NCBI GenBank assembly: GCA_036502245.1
Contig: DASXYX010000026.1
Coordinates: forward strand, 136,575-200,574
Source: Verrucomicrobiia bacterium
Lineage (GTDB): Bacteria > Verrucomicrobiota > Verrucomicrobiia > Limisphaerales > UBA11358
Length of the DNA stretch: 64,000 nt
Reading direction: 5' to 3'
The translations under genes were made by a program, and so were the position numbers. Shown here one piece after another: positions 51,248 through 62,509 of this stretch. The notes under the pieces are model-generated. The model had not been told where the DNA came from. It did no database searches and worked only from the letters and a program-made list of their open reading frames with translations. Every line of letters starts with the position of its first letter. Within the stretch, counting starts at the first letter, position 1.

Positions 51248-51991
51248 CTAGGTTTGTCCGTTTAAAATCTTTTCCACGCGCGCGACGTCTTCGGGACTGT
51301 CCACGCCGATGCTGTCGTAATCCACTTTCACGACGGCGATCTGAATCCCGTTTTCCAGCGCGCGCAATTGCTCCAGTTTCTCCGTGTTTTCCAGCGGCGA
51401 CACGGGGAATTTCACCAGCCGCAGCAGCGTTTCACGCCGGTATCCATAGATGCCCAGATGTTTAAGAAAGGGGAAGGCCGCCAACTGTTCGGGCCTGGAG
51501 CTGTTGACAGCCTCGCGCAGATACGGAATCGTTCGTCTCGAGAAATACAACGCCCGTCCCGCAGCATTGACCACCACTTTCACCACATTGGGATTTTCCA
51601 ATTCGGTCGTGTCTTTGATATGCGCCGCCGCCGTGGACATCTCGCAATCGTTCAACGCTCCGGCGACTGCGTCGATCACTGCCGGCTCGATCATTGGTTC
51701 ATCCCCCTGGATGTTCACCACGCCGTCGCAAGAAATTTTTGCCGCCACCTCCGCAATGCGATCCGATCCGCTGGGATGGCTCGGCGCGGTCATTTCGACG
51801 CGGCAGAATTGTTTGGCGACGGCGGCGATGCGCGCGTCATCCGTGGCCACGATCACTTCCACGAGCGATTTGGTTTTTTTGCATTGCTCGATGACCCGTT
51901 GGACGAGCGGTTTGCCCGCGATGAGCGCGAGCGACTTGCCAGGGAACCGCGTGGAGGCATAGCGCGCGGGGATGATGCCAACAATTTTCAC
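51248..51991 (-). CDS. kdsB: 3-deoxy-manno-octulosonate cytidylyltransferase
   Basis: IIPARYASTRFPGK.L..I.GKP....V..., VATDD, NIQGDEP. Confidence 0.95.
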   Translation of the reverse strand: MKIVGIIPARYASTRFPGKSLALIAGKPLVQRVIEQCKKTKSLVEVIVATDDARIAAVAKQFCRVEMTAPSHPSGSDRIAEVAAKISCDGVVNIQGDEPMIEPAVIDAVAGALNDCEMSTAAAHIKDTTELENPNVVKVVVNAAGRALYFSRRTIPYLREAVNSSRPEQLAAFPFLKHLGIYGYRRETLLRLVKFPVSPLENTEKLEQLRALENGIQIAVVKVDYDSIGVDSPEDVARVEKILNGQT

Positions 51992-52213
51992 GGGGTTTGA
52001 TTAAGCCATAATTCGGCCATCGGAAGCAAGCAACGAAGAAAAGCCTGAAATCCTTTTCAGGACCGATCGCAAATTCTGATTCCCGACTCAGTTACCGCAT
52101 CTCGCCGCGCATTGTCATAAAAGCAAAGACAGCGGCAACCCCAAGTGGTACAGCGAATATCAATTCACTCATGTCCTGAAAATAATACGTTTTACCGACA
52201 GTGCAACAATTTA

Positions 52214-52244
52214 GTTACGAAAATGTTACGAAAGCGTTACGAAA
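52214..52244 (+). promoter_or_regulatory. Three direct GTTACGAAA repeats at 11-bp phase in the long leader of the 52614 gene
   Basis: Copies start at 52214, 52225 and 52236 (ttaGTTACGAAAatGTTACGAAAgcGTTACGAAAag). Confidence 0.35.
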
Positions 52245-52464
52245 AGAGGGGGGGTGAATCGTGGATCATTATCCAAGCTATTTGGCATAGCTCGCCAAAA
52301 CGGTTCGCAACAATCAGAAGGAGTGACTTGCGGACTCGTGCCGGTGAAGTGAACTATGGGTATCACTCATCTGTAACACATTTAGCCAATTCTCCAGATT
52401 GTTGACATTGGGTGACGCCAGCATGGTATTTAGGCGGATTTTAAGCCTGTCCAAATTTTTGGCG

Positions 52465-52493
52465 ATTGACGCATGAATTGACCCGTCGTTTGA
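52465..52493 (+). promoter_or_regulatory. Three direct TTGAC repeats at 12-bp phase, 120-150 bp upstream of the 52614 start
   Basis: TTGAC at 52465, 52477 and 52489 (aTTGACgcatgaaTTGACccgtcgtTTGACaca). A further GTTGACA is at 52401. Confidence 0.3.
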
Positions 52494-52613
52494 CACATTT
52501 TCTAATCTCATGTGAATTTCCCTGTGGTAGTGAGGGTGATTTAGCGTGAAAAATTAGATGGCCTAATTCATGCTTTATAGAGAAATGTTCGTGGCAGGGT
52601 CAGAACCACAACT

Positions 52614-54743
52614 ATGAAAAAAGCAACAAAACAGATACTTTTTGTCGAAGACGAGCCGATTGCCCAAACGATCTATGGGAACCGGTTGAAACGGGAAGGC
52701 TTCGACGTTTTATTCGCCCAGGACGGGCAGGCGGCGCTTGAGACCCTTTCACAAGTGCGGCCCGACCTGGTGGTGCTCGATTTGATGCTGCCCAAGGTTC
52801 CCGGCGCCGAGGTCCTCAAACGGATCCGTTCGGACGAGGGCCTTAAGAACATCCCGGTGCTCATTCTTTCCAACGCCTATATATCCGAACTGACGCAGAA
52901 AGCCATGGAATCGGGGGCCACGACCGGCATGTTGAAATCAGAATGCACACCGGCCAGTCTTATCGAAACCGTCCGGAAGATGCTCGGTTACACGTCCGCT
53001 TTTGAACTTTCGGAAACACCGCAATCGGCCGAAGAGCAAATAGAAGCGTTTACGGCTGCCGCGGAAAACGCCCTGGAGGATGAAATAGTGCTCAAGAAAA
53101 CCCGCGAGGAATTCATCGAAAAGACTCCAGCCGAGGTCGCCAAATTTCGTGAGCTTTCCCAGTCCTATATCAAGGCAGCGGGTACCTCCGCCGGACAGGA
53201 GCCGCTGAACCGCTTGCATGAGTCGGTGAGGTTTTTTGCCACGCGCGCCGGAATGGCCGGTTGCACCAGCCTGGCGATACTGGCCAGCGCTTTTGAAGCG
53301 CTGCTTTATGAATGCCTCCACAAACCTGGCCGGGCGACTCCTTCCACGTCCCAAACGATTGCCCAGGCCATAGATTGCCTGGAACGCCTGTTCCAAAATA
53401 CCAGCATCGAGGAGGGAAAACTCAATCTCCAGGCCAAAATCCTGGTCGTGGACGACGATCCCGTCTGCAATTTGGCCATGGTGTCGGCGCTGAAACGCGC
53501 CAACTTTCACGCTGACTGTGTTCAGGATCCTGTAAATGCCCTGGAAATGGCCTCGAACGATATTTACGACATCATGTTGCTGGACATTAATATGCCGGGC
53601 ATGGATGGTTTTCAGTTGTGCGAGAAAATTCGGCAGATGGCCATGTATCAGGTGACGCCCATCATCTTTGTGACCTCCACCTCGGATTTTCAGAGCCGAA
53701 CGCGTGGCATTCTCAGCGGTGGCAACGATCTTATTCCTAAACCCGTTTCACCGGTCGAGTTGATCCTTAAGATCACCCTCCATTTGTTGCGGCCATCCGG
53801 CGCCTGGGCAGAAACTTCCGCGCTGGCATCCGTGCTCAAAACCAGCATGCGTTTGTTGCAGGGCGAAGCCCGAGAAACACAAGCATCGGTCCCGGCGCGG
53901 GATGCGTCCCTGCCGGAGAAAAAATCCCCGGCGACGAAAAGCACGGAAGCGCCGATACCGTTCACAATAAAACCCCCGCTCATGCCCGAAATGCCTGTTG
54001 CGGCAAGCGTGATGAAACAACCGGTGGAAAGCACACAACCCGTTCAGCCTGCTGCTGTGGCAGCTTCTATCAAAACTCCTGAAAAATTGGCGACTGCTCC
54101 TGTCGTTGATGAGCCGGTGATTCGTGCTCCGGAAAAACCCACGACTGTTGAAGTTAAAGCTGAAGCCAAAGTTGAAGAGCCGAAGATGGAGACGCCTGCC
54201 GTTGCGACCGATATTGTGCCACCACTGGCTGCCAAAACAGCCAAGCCGGCGACGGACGTCATCAAAGATGTGGTGGAAAAAACCGAAGCAGCGAAAGCAA
54301 AAGAAGCCGCGAAGACGGAAGTCCCGGCGGCAAAAGATGTCATGCCATTGGCTGAATCGCTGGGCTTGCCCAACGTCATACCTTTCCCAACCGATTCCAA
54401 ACCCAAACAACATACTATTAATATGGAAACAAAACAAAAACCAACCTTCGAGGAAGCGACACGCGGTGTGGCGCGAATCATCTTCGGAGACGAAAACATC
54501 AACGACATGAACGTGAGACTCACGCGCATCGCCCTGGAACGTTATAATGTTCCGGGAACGCAAAGCACTGACGAGATCTCGCGCGGCGTCGCGCGGATCA
54601 TTTTCGGCGATGACAAACTCTCCGACATGAACGTGAGGCTCACGCGCATTGCCCTGGAAAGCTATAACATCACCGAAGTGCTCGGCGCCAACGGCCATAA
54701 GAAGCCCGTCGAGAACGGTGTTGCCCACGCCGCCAACTCGTAA
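52614..54743 (+). CDS. Dual-receiver signalling protein: REC, HPt-like helical region, REC, Pro/Ala/Lys/Glu-rich linker, then 2 x novel 40-aa C-terminal repeat
   Basis: REC1: ILFVEDEPIAQ..DLVVLDLMLPKVPGAEVLK..ILSN. HPt-like: LNRLHESVRFFATRAGMAGC. REC2: ILVVDDDPV..DIMLLDINMPGMDGFQL..IFVTS..KP. C-terminus: RGVARIIFGDENINDMNVRLTRIALERYN / RGVARIIFGDDKLSDMNVRLTRIALESYN. Confidence 0.85.
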   Translation: MKKATKQILFVEDEPIAQTIYGNRLKREGFDVLFAQDGQAALETLSQVRPDLVVLDLMLPKVPGAEVLKRIRSDEGLKNIPVLILSNAYISELTQKAMESGATTGMLKSECTPASLIETVRKMLGYTSAFELSETPQSAEEQIEAFTAAAENALEDEIVLKKTREEFIEKTPAEVAKFRELSQSYIKAAGTSAGQEPLNRLHESVRFFATRAGMAGCTSLAILASAFEALLYECLHKPGRATPSTSQTIAQAIDCLERLFQNTSIEEGKLNLQAKILVVDDDPVCNLAMVSALKRANFHADCVQDPVNALEMASNDIYDIMLLDINMPGMDGFQLCEKIRQMAMYQVTPIIFVTSTSDFQSRTRGILSGGNDLIPKPVSPVELILKITLHLLRPSGAWAETSALASVLKTSMRLLQGEARETQASVPARDASLPEKKSPATKSTEAPIPFTIKPPLMPEMPVAASVMKQPVESTQPVQPAAVAASIKTPEKLATAPVVDEPVIRAPEKPTTVEVKAEAKVEEPKMETPAVATDIVPPLAAKTAKPATDVIKDVVEKTEAAKAKEAAKTEVPAAKDVMPLAESLGLPNVIPFPTDSKPKQHTINMETKQKPTFEEATRGVARIIFGDENINDMNVRLTRIALERYNVPGTQSTDEISRGVARIIFGDDKLSDMNVRLTRIALESYNITEVLGANGHKKPVENGVAHAANS
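54456..54671 (+). repeat. Exact-period 120-bp tandem duplication encoding the C-terminal 40-aa repeat
   Basis: 54456..54551 against 54576..54671, for example gacatgaacgtgagactcacgcgcatcgccctggaa against gacatgaacgtgaggctcacgcgcattgccctggaa. Confidence 0.9.
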
Positions 54744-54869
54744 GTTGTCCACCGCTTCAACACAACGCGCCGGCTAACAACACCGGCGCGGATTCGTGAT
54801 ACGCCAGCGGTGTGGACACGGGCCAGGTTTGTGATTACTTATTAGGGAAATCTTTTAACGAACAAACTT

Positions 54870-55763
54870 ATGGAACGAATTGGAATTGTCGGAGTTGGCC
54901 GCATGGGCGCGAACATGGCGCGCCGCTTGAAGGATACCGGGCATCCGGTCACCGCCGTTTATGACGTGCGGAATGACACCGCCCAAACCCTGGCCACGGA
55001 GATCGGCGCGGAAGCCTGCGCGGAACTTGCCCGCGTCACGAAATTGGCTGATGTCATCATCACCGTCGTGAGTGACGACGCGGCCATGAAGAAAATCTTC
55101 GCTTCCGGCGGCGATACGCTGTTGAAAGGCGCCAAAGGAAAAATCTTCATCAATTGCGCGACGGTTTCTCCTGAGGCGCATCAGCGTGTCGAAGAACTGG
55201 CGGCGAAGCGCGGAGCGCAATCGCTGGAGGCCTGCATGGCCTCGAGCATCACGCAGGCGCGCGAAGGGTCGCTTTATCTGATGCTCGGCGGCACGCCGGC
55301 GGCGTTCGAGCGCGCGAAACCGATCCTGGAAAAATTGAGCGCCTCCATGCGCTATGTTGGCAAGGCGGGTGAAGCGGCCAGGGTCAAAGCCCTGGTCAAC
55401 ATGGTCATGAACATCAATACCGCCGGCCTCGCGGAAGGGCTGGGCCTGGGCGCGGCGTTGGGGCTGGACCTCACGATGTTGCGAGAAGTCTTTTCGCAGA
55501 CCGGCGCCAATTCACGGGTATTGCAAACCGATGGCGAAGACATGCAGAACCGCGAGCATTCCTGTTTTTTCAGCGCCGCTCACGCCGCGAAAGATTCCGG
55601 CATAGCGCTCAAACTGGCAAAACAGGCGGAACTGAATCTGCCGCTCGCCGCCGCGACGTTCAAACAATATCGCCGCATGATCGACGAAGGCCTCGGCGAA
55701 TTGGACAAATCCGGTGTGGCGGAATTGACTTTCAAAGGCAGGCATCAAGTAAAAACTAGGTGA
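54870..55763 (+). CDS. NAD(P)-dependent oxidoreductase of the 3-hydroxyisobutyrate/6-phosphogluconate dehydrogenase-like family
   Basis: IGIVGVGRMGANMARRL..DVIITVVSDD..STVSP...KALVNM. Confidence 0.88.
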   Translation: MERIGIVGVGRMGANMARRLKDTGHPVTAVYDVRNDTAQTLATEIGAEACAELARVTKLADVIITVVSDDAAMKKIFASGGDTLLKGAKGKIFINCATVSPEAHQRVEELAAKRGAQSLEACMASSITQAREGSLYLMLGGTPAAFERAKPILEKLSASMRYVGKAGEAARVKALVNMVMNINTAGLAEGLGLGAALGLDLTMLREVFSQTGANSRVLQTDGEDMQNREHSCFFSAAHAAKDSGIALKLAKQAELNLPLAAATFKQYRRMIDEGLGELDKSGVAELTFKGRHQVKTR

Positions 55764-55769
55764 GCAATT

Positions 55770-56768
55770 ATGTCGCGCGTCACATACTTTCCTCGTTATA
55801 CAACTGCGGAGAACGTCGTAACCAACACTACTCTTCACTTATTTTCTCAAATTAACCAACACTCAACAGATACTTTTCGAGCGGTATTAAGCGAACTATT
55901 GGGAGATGTGGAAATGCCGCTTGGCATCAATTTCCAACAGCAAACCCGATCAACGACATCTGTTCCGGATGGCAGCATTTATCAAGAACCTGTTCATATC
56001 ATTCTTGAAACCAAAGTGAACGCGGGGGTGAATGTGGACCAACTCACTCGCCATTGTGAAAGTTTCGATAAAAGAAGAAAGGGAAATTTTCTAGTGCTTT
56101 TGACCAAAGAAACAGTTGATGACAAAATACTCGATCCGATTCGTAAGAAAGCAAGAGGAATTGGCATAGCTTTCTTGAATGTTACTTTTGAGAAATTATG
56201 CAACGTCCTAAAAGATGTGGCTAAAGAACACGAAACGCACTTATTAAGTGTCATTGAAGATTATGTGGCGTACTGCAACGACATGAATCTTTTACCAGAT
56301 CGTCGTAAATGGCTGAGAATCGTTCCTTGCGGTGACACCTTTAAGCTCAACGAAAAATGGAATTTGTATTATCAACCAACTGAACGTGGATATTCAGCCC
56401 ATGAGTATTTGGGAATTTATCACGGAAAAGCTGTTCGGCTCATCGGCAAAATTGCTGCAATTTACGACAATAAAACCGACTCGAAAGGGAAAATGCAACT
56501 ACAACTCGTTTCGGACAGTGGTAGAGACCGTCATGAATTTCAAGAGCGCATTAAAGGCATGGTTGAGGATTCATTAAAGCACATCGGTTGGGAAGTTAAG
56601 ACTGACTATCGTTTTTTCTGTGTCGAACAATTCCAGCCAACGGAATTCCAAAAGAGTACACCGGGTGGAATTCAGGGTCCCCGTTTTTGGGACATATCTG
56701 AATATCTCGTCAATAATCAATCAGATGCTGATCTCGCCAAATTACTTAACAGTAAAGTGTGGGGATGA
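55770..56768 (+). CDS. Low-GC hypothetical protein with an N-terminal PD-(D/E)XK nuclease-like motif
   Basis: ..TENVVTNTTLHLFSQI..VPDGSIYQEPVHIILETKVNAGV.. has PD, a 13-residue gap, then E-T-K. The 60-nt lines I counted are 42-45% G+C against 58% in the upstream gene. Confidence 0.6.
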   Translation: MSRVTYFPRYTTAENVVTNTTLHLFSQINQHSTDTFRAVLSELLGDVEMPLGINFQQQTRSTTSVPDGSIYQEPVHIILETKVNAGVNVDQLTRHCESFDKRRKGNFLVLLTKETVDDKILDPIRKKARGIGIAFLNVTFEKLCNVLKDVAKEHETHLLSVIEDYVAYCNDMNLLPDRRKWLRIVPCGDTFKLNEKWNLYYQPTERGYSAHEYLGIYHGKAVRLIGKIAAIYDNKTDSKGKMQLQLVSDSGRDRHEFQERIKGMVEDSLKHIGWEVKTDYRFFCVEQFQPTEFQKSTPGGIQGPRFWDISEYLVNNQSDADLAKLLNSKVWG

Positions 56769-56813
56769 TTTACCACTACGGCCTGTGGCATTTTTCGATT
56801 GGTCGTCGCAACC

Positions 56814-58655
<1,842 letters not shown>

Positions 58656-58726
58656 ACTTTCGAATTTAAGATTTTAGATTTACGATTTTCAATCAGAGTC
58701 CCGATATATCGGGACTGAGACTGAAA

Positions 58727-58746
58727 GGCGGCGACGTAGCGCCGCC
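58727..58746 (-). terminator. Hairpin abutting the gmhB stop codon (possible weak terminator or attenuator before glmS)
   Basis: On the minus strand it reads GGCGGCG-ctacgt-CGCCGCC followed by TTTC. Confidence 0.3.
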
Positions 58747-59304
58747 CTACTCCGGCACGACGATGTCTTTTAAAATCCAGTCTGCCGCGCCGGCCAGATC
58801 ATTCGCAACGACTGCCCGCGAAATTTTCGCCGGCTCTTTGCGTTCCACGTCCGCGCCGTAACCGGTGCGCACCAGGATACTTTTTTTGACACCGGCATTC
58901 CAGCCGCATTCCAGATCGATGAGTTTATCACCAATGATGAAACTTTGCGAGAGGTCCAGGCCAAATTCATCGCGCGCATCGAACAGGAACTGAGGCAATG
59001 GTTTACGTCCCTGGCTCGGCTGGTCCGGCGCTTCGGGCGCGATATAAATCTTTTCCAACCGGATGCCGTCACGCGCGAGTTCGTTCGCCAGATGCCGGTT
59101 CACATTCTCGACGTCAGCCATTGTGAAATACCCGCGCCCAACGCCGGATTGGTTCGATACAATGAACAGTTTGTATCCGGCGGCGCAAAGTTTTTTCAAT
59201 CCGTTTCGCGTCGCCGGGAATATCTGCACCTGGTCGGGACGGTGCAAATAATTCGCTTCGGCGATCATGGTTCCGTCCCGGTCAAGAAAAACAGCCCGGT
59301 TCAT
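58747..59304 (-). CDS. gmhB: D-glycero-D-manno-heptose 1,7-bisphosphate phosphatase (HAD-IIIA)
   Basis: AVFLDRDGTMI..LFIVSNQSGVGRGYF..FIIGDKLID.E.G.NAG. I prefer the ATG at 59304 over the listed TTG at 59331. Confidence 0.85.
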   Translation of the reverse strand: MNRAVFLDRDGTMIAEANYLHRPDQVQIFPATRNGLKKLCAAGYKLFIVSNQSGVGRGYFTMADVENVNRHLANELARDGIRLEKIYIAPEAPDQPSQGRKPLPQFLFDARDEFGLDLSQSFIIGDKLIDLECGWNAGVKKSILVRTGYGADVERKEPAKISRAVVANDLAGAADWILKDIVVPE

Positions 59305-59407
59305 TCGGAAATTGTGGTGTGATTTCGGCAAGAATGGAATTGAATTTTTTTCCGCCGTGGCGCATCCTGATACTGTGTCCGTTTTTTAACCATCACAAAT
59401 CATTCAA

Positions 59408-60694
59408 ATGAGCAAAGGCAGATTAGGAATTTTAGTTGGCGGCGGCCCCGCGCCGGGTATCAACGGCGTTATCGCGGCAGCCACCATCGAAGGCATCAAC
59501 AACGGTTTTGAAGTCATCGGTTTTCGCGACGGCTTCAAGTGGCTCGCGCAGGGCGACGTGTCACAATGCAAACCGCTTTCCATCCGCGACGTGTCGGGCA
59601 TTCACCTGCGCGGCGGGTCCATCCTGGGCACCGCGCGCACGAATCCCACCAAGTCCGAGGAGCAGATGAAGAATGTCTTCGCCTCGTTCGAGAAACTGGG
59701 CATCACCACTCTCGTCACCATCGGCGGCGATGACACGGCTTTTTCCGCGAGCTATGTCGCCAAGCATAGCAATGGCAAGATCAAGGTCGCGCACGTCCCC
59801 AAAACCATCGACAACGATCTTCCGTTGCCCGGCGCCACCCCCACGTTCGGCTTTGAGACCGCCCGTCATTACGGCGTCCATATCGTTCGCAACCTGATGG
59901 AAGACGCCCGCACGACTTCCCGCTGGTATATCATCGTTTGCATGGGCCGCGCCGCCGGTCATTTGGCGTTGGGCATCGGCAAAGCCGCTGCTGCCACCCT
60001 CTCGATCATCCCGGAAGAATTTCATAAACGCCAGGTCACCGTGGATGAAGTCTGCGACATCATCATCGCTTCTATTATCAAACGTCGCGCAGAAGGTTCG
60101 CAATATGGCCTCGTGATTCTCGCTGAAGGGCTCATCGAAGCCATGGGCGAACAGGGCCTCGTCAAGGCGTTGCCCTCGGGCGACCTCAGCCGTTATGGCA
60201 AAGTCATCCGCGACGACCACGGCCATCTGCGCCTGGGCGAAATCGAATTCGGCCGTATCATGAAAGATCTCCTGCTTGCGCGGTTGGAGAAATTCGGCCT
60301 GAAGACCTCTTTTATCGACAAGGATCTCGGCTACGAGCTTCGTTGCGCCGACCCGGTTCCTTTCGACGCCGAATACACCCGCGACCTTGGCTATGGCGCG
60401 GTGAAATTCCTGCTGTCGCCCGAATCGCAAAAGTACGGCGCGATCATCAGCTTTGTGGATGGCAAAATGAATCCATTGCCGTTCGAGAAGATGCTCGACC
60501 CCAAGACGGGCCGCATGCAGAACCGCAAGGTCAATGTGGACGGCGAGGCGTTTGAATGCGCCACGGCGTACATGATCCGGCTCGAGCGCGAAGATATTGA
60601 AGACGAAAAGAAACTGGCAAAACTGGCCGGCGCCGCTTCGATGTCGCCCGATCAATTCCGCAGCCACTTCGGCTATCTCGTGGGATTGAAATAA
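59408..60694 (+). CDS. pfp: Phosphofructokinase, probably pyrophosphate-dependent (PfkA family)
   Basis: GGGPAPGINGVI. TIGGDDTAFSA has Asp where ATP-dependent enzymes have GGDGS, and PKTIDNDL has Lys where ATP-dependent enzymes have Gly. Both are the established PPi-specificity signatures. Confidence 0.85.
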   Translation: MSKGRLGILVGGGPAPGINGVIAAATIEGINNGFEVIGFRDGFKWLAQGDVSQCKPLSIRDVSGIHLRGGSILGTARTNPTKSEEQMKNVFASFEKLGITTLVTIGGDDTAFSASYVAKHSNGKIKVAHVPKTIDNDLPLPGATPTFGFETARHYGVHIVRNLMEDARTTSRWYIIVCMGRAAGHLALGIGKAAAATLSIIPEEFHKRQVTVDEVCDIIIASIIKRRAEGSQYGLVILAEGLIEAMGEQGLVKALPSGDLSRYGKVIRDDHGHLRLGEIEFGRIMKDLLLARLEKFGLKTSFIDKDLGYELRCADPVPFDAEYTRDLGYGAVKFLLSPESQKYGAIISFVDGKMNPLPFEKMLDPKTGRMQNRKVNVDGEAFECATAYMIRLEREDIEDEKKLAKLAGAASMSPDQFRSHFGYLVGLK

Positions 60695-60766
60695 TTCGCG
60701 GAACAAATTCCGCCGGCAGCTCTCCAATAAAGTAGCGCGTGATGAGTTCACGCGCTACATTCGCAC

Positions 60767-61843
60767 ATGTTTATTGCCGGACTGGGAACTGCCGCGCCAC
60801 CGCAACGCTATACGCAGCGCGAGTGCTGGGATGCTTTAAACAAATTCGCCCGCGCCCGCCGGCTCAAACCGCGTTCCCGCGCCATCCTCAAAAAAATCCT
60901 CTGCGGTGAAAACGGTATCGCTTCGCGTTACCTTGCGCTCGAGCCGCTTACGCAGTTTTTCGAGGCGACGCCTGATGCTTTGCAGGCGCGGTTCACGGAA
61001 CATGCTCCGGCCCTGGCCGTTGCCGCCGCCAAACGCGCGTTGCGTGATGCTGCCTGCGCCAGAAATAAGATCGATGCCATCCTTATCAGCACCTGCACCG
61101 GATACTTGTGCCCCGGCCTGACCAGCTACGTCAGCGAACGGCTCGGCTTGCGCAAGGATGTCTTTACGCTGGACCTTGTCGGCCAGGGTTGCGGCGCTGC
61201 CCTGCCCAATCTCCGCGCTGCCGAGGCCATCCTCAAAGCAGGCCGCGCTGAAAATATTTTGTCTGTTTGTGTCGAGGTCTGTAGCGCCGCCTTCTTTCTC
61301 GACGACGATCCGGGTGTTTTGGTCAGCGCCTGCCTTTTTGGAGACGGCGCGGGCGCGGCGGTTGTGACCCATAAACCAAACAAGAGGCAGCGCAGTGTCG
61401 AGTGGAAGTTTTCCGCGTCCCATCTCGTGCCTGATAAACGAGACACGCTTCGCTTTGGCCACAAAAACGGGATGCTGCGCAACATGCTTTCGCCGCAAGT
61501 TCCCCAGATCGCCGGGGTTGCCGCGGCAAAGTTATGTTCAGAAACGATTGCTGCCGCCGGGGTCCCGCGAGAAAAGATTTCCGGCTGGATCATGCACACG
61601 GGCGGGCGTGACGTCCTTCTTTCCCTGCGCAAACAATTGAAATTGAGCGAAGCCGACCTGCGCCACAGCACCGCCATCCTGCGTGAGTTCGGCAATGTCA
61701 GCAGTCCCACCGTGTTCTTTGTGCTCGAACGCGCCCTGCATGATACTGTGCCCGATGGTTATTGGTGGATGAGTTCCTTCGGCGCCGGCTTTAGCTGCCA
61801 TGGAGCGTTGTTGGAGGTAAAACAGCGGCGCAATCTTCCATGA
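60767..61843 (+). CDS. Type III polyketide synthase (chalcone/stilbene synthase superfamily)
   Basis: Catalytic triad contexts: ILISTCTGYLCPGLTS (Cys), IMHTGGRDVL (His), FGNVSSPTVFFVL (Asn). Confidence 0.9.
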   Translation: MFIAGLGTAAPPQRYTQRECWDALNKFARARRLKPRSRAILKKILCGENGIASRYLALEPLTQFFEATPDALQARFTEHAPALAVAAAKRALRDAACARNKIDAILISTCTGYLCPGLTSYVSERLGLRKDVFTLDLVGQGCGAALPNLRAAEAILKAGRAENILSVCVEVCSAAFFLDDDPGVLVSACLFGDGAGAAVVTHKPNKRQRSVEWKFSASHLVPDKRDTLRFGHKNGMLRNMLSPQVPQIAGVAAAKLCSETIAAAGVPREKISGWIMHTGGRDVLLSLRKQLKLSEADLRHSTAILREFGNVSSPTVFFVLERALHDTVPDGYWWMSSFGAGFSCHGALLEVKQRRNLP

Positions 61844-62508
61844 GCCGCATCGTTGAAACCGAAATACTCGATTCGCTTGCTCCAGACGATCCTCGCGCCC
61901 TCCGTTCCCGCCGCGATTTGCATCGCATCAATTTTTTCATGGGCAACCATGCCAGCATGGCCAGGGCGCTCAAAGAAAACTGTCCTGTTCCACCCAAACA
62001 ACTGGCTGAGATCGGCGCCGGTGACGGGTGTTTTCTCCTGAGTGTTGCAAAAAAATCCGGCTGGCAAAACGTGAAGGCGCTCCTGCTCGATCAGCAAAAA
62101 GCGATCTCATCCGAAACCCTGGCTGCGTTCTCTAAAATGAACTGGCGGGCGGAAACTTTAGTAACCAATGTTTTTGATTGGGATGGTCCGGCGGAAGTCA
62201 TCATCGCCAATCTTTTCCTCCACCATTTTGAAAATCCCCGGCTCGCGCAATTGCTCCAGAAGATTGCGGGACACGCGAAACTCTTCATTGCCGTTGAACC
62301 GCATCGTTTCCGTTTTCCATATCCCTGCGCGCTGACGACATTGCTTATCGGTTGTTCGAGTGTCACTCTTCATGACGCCGAGGCCAGCATTCGCGCCGGT
62401 TTTGTACGCCAGGAAATTTCAGAGTTGTGGCCGGACAAAACAAACTGGCAACTTACCGAACGCCGCGCCGGATTGTTCAGCCACCTGTTCATCGCCAAAC
62501 GGATTTGA
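61840..62508 (+). CDS. Class I SAM-dependent methyltransferase, overlapping the PKS stop by 4 nt
   Basis: Motif I LAEIGAGDGCF. ATGA start/stop overlap at 61840-61843. Confidence 0.8.
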   Translation: MSRIVETEILDSLAPDDPRALRSRRDLHRINFFMGNHASMARALKENCPVPPKQLAEIGAGDGCFLLSVAKKSGWQNVKALLLDQQKAISSETLAAFSKMNWRAETLVTNVFDWDGPAEVIIANLFLHHFENPRLAQLLQKIAGHAKLFIAVEPHRFRFPYPCALTTLLIGCSSVTLHDAEASIRAGFVRQEISELWPDKTNWQLTERRAGLFSHLFIAKRI

Positions 62509-62509
62509 G

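Noticed and set aside
52145-52405. An 86-aa ORF in the long leader upstream of the dual-REC gene.
   Set aside because: It has no recognisable motifs and an odd composition, and it spans the GTTACGAAA direct repeats. It is more likely non-coding regulatory DNA.
58656-58746. A glmS ribozyme/riboswitch upstream of glmS.
   Set aside because: The 91-nt gap holds only two simple palindromes (58697..58716 and 58727..58746), which belong to or resemble the repeat families. I see none of the conserved glmS ribozyme core, and that ribozyme is characteristic of Gram-positive lineages. An Infernal scan would be needed to be certain.
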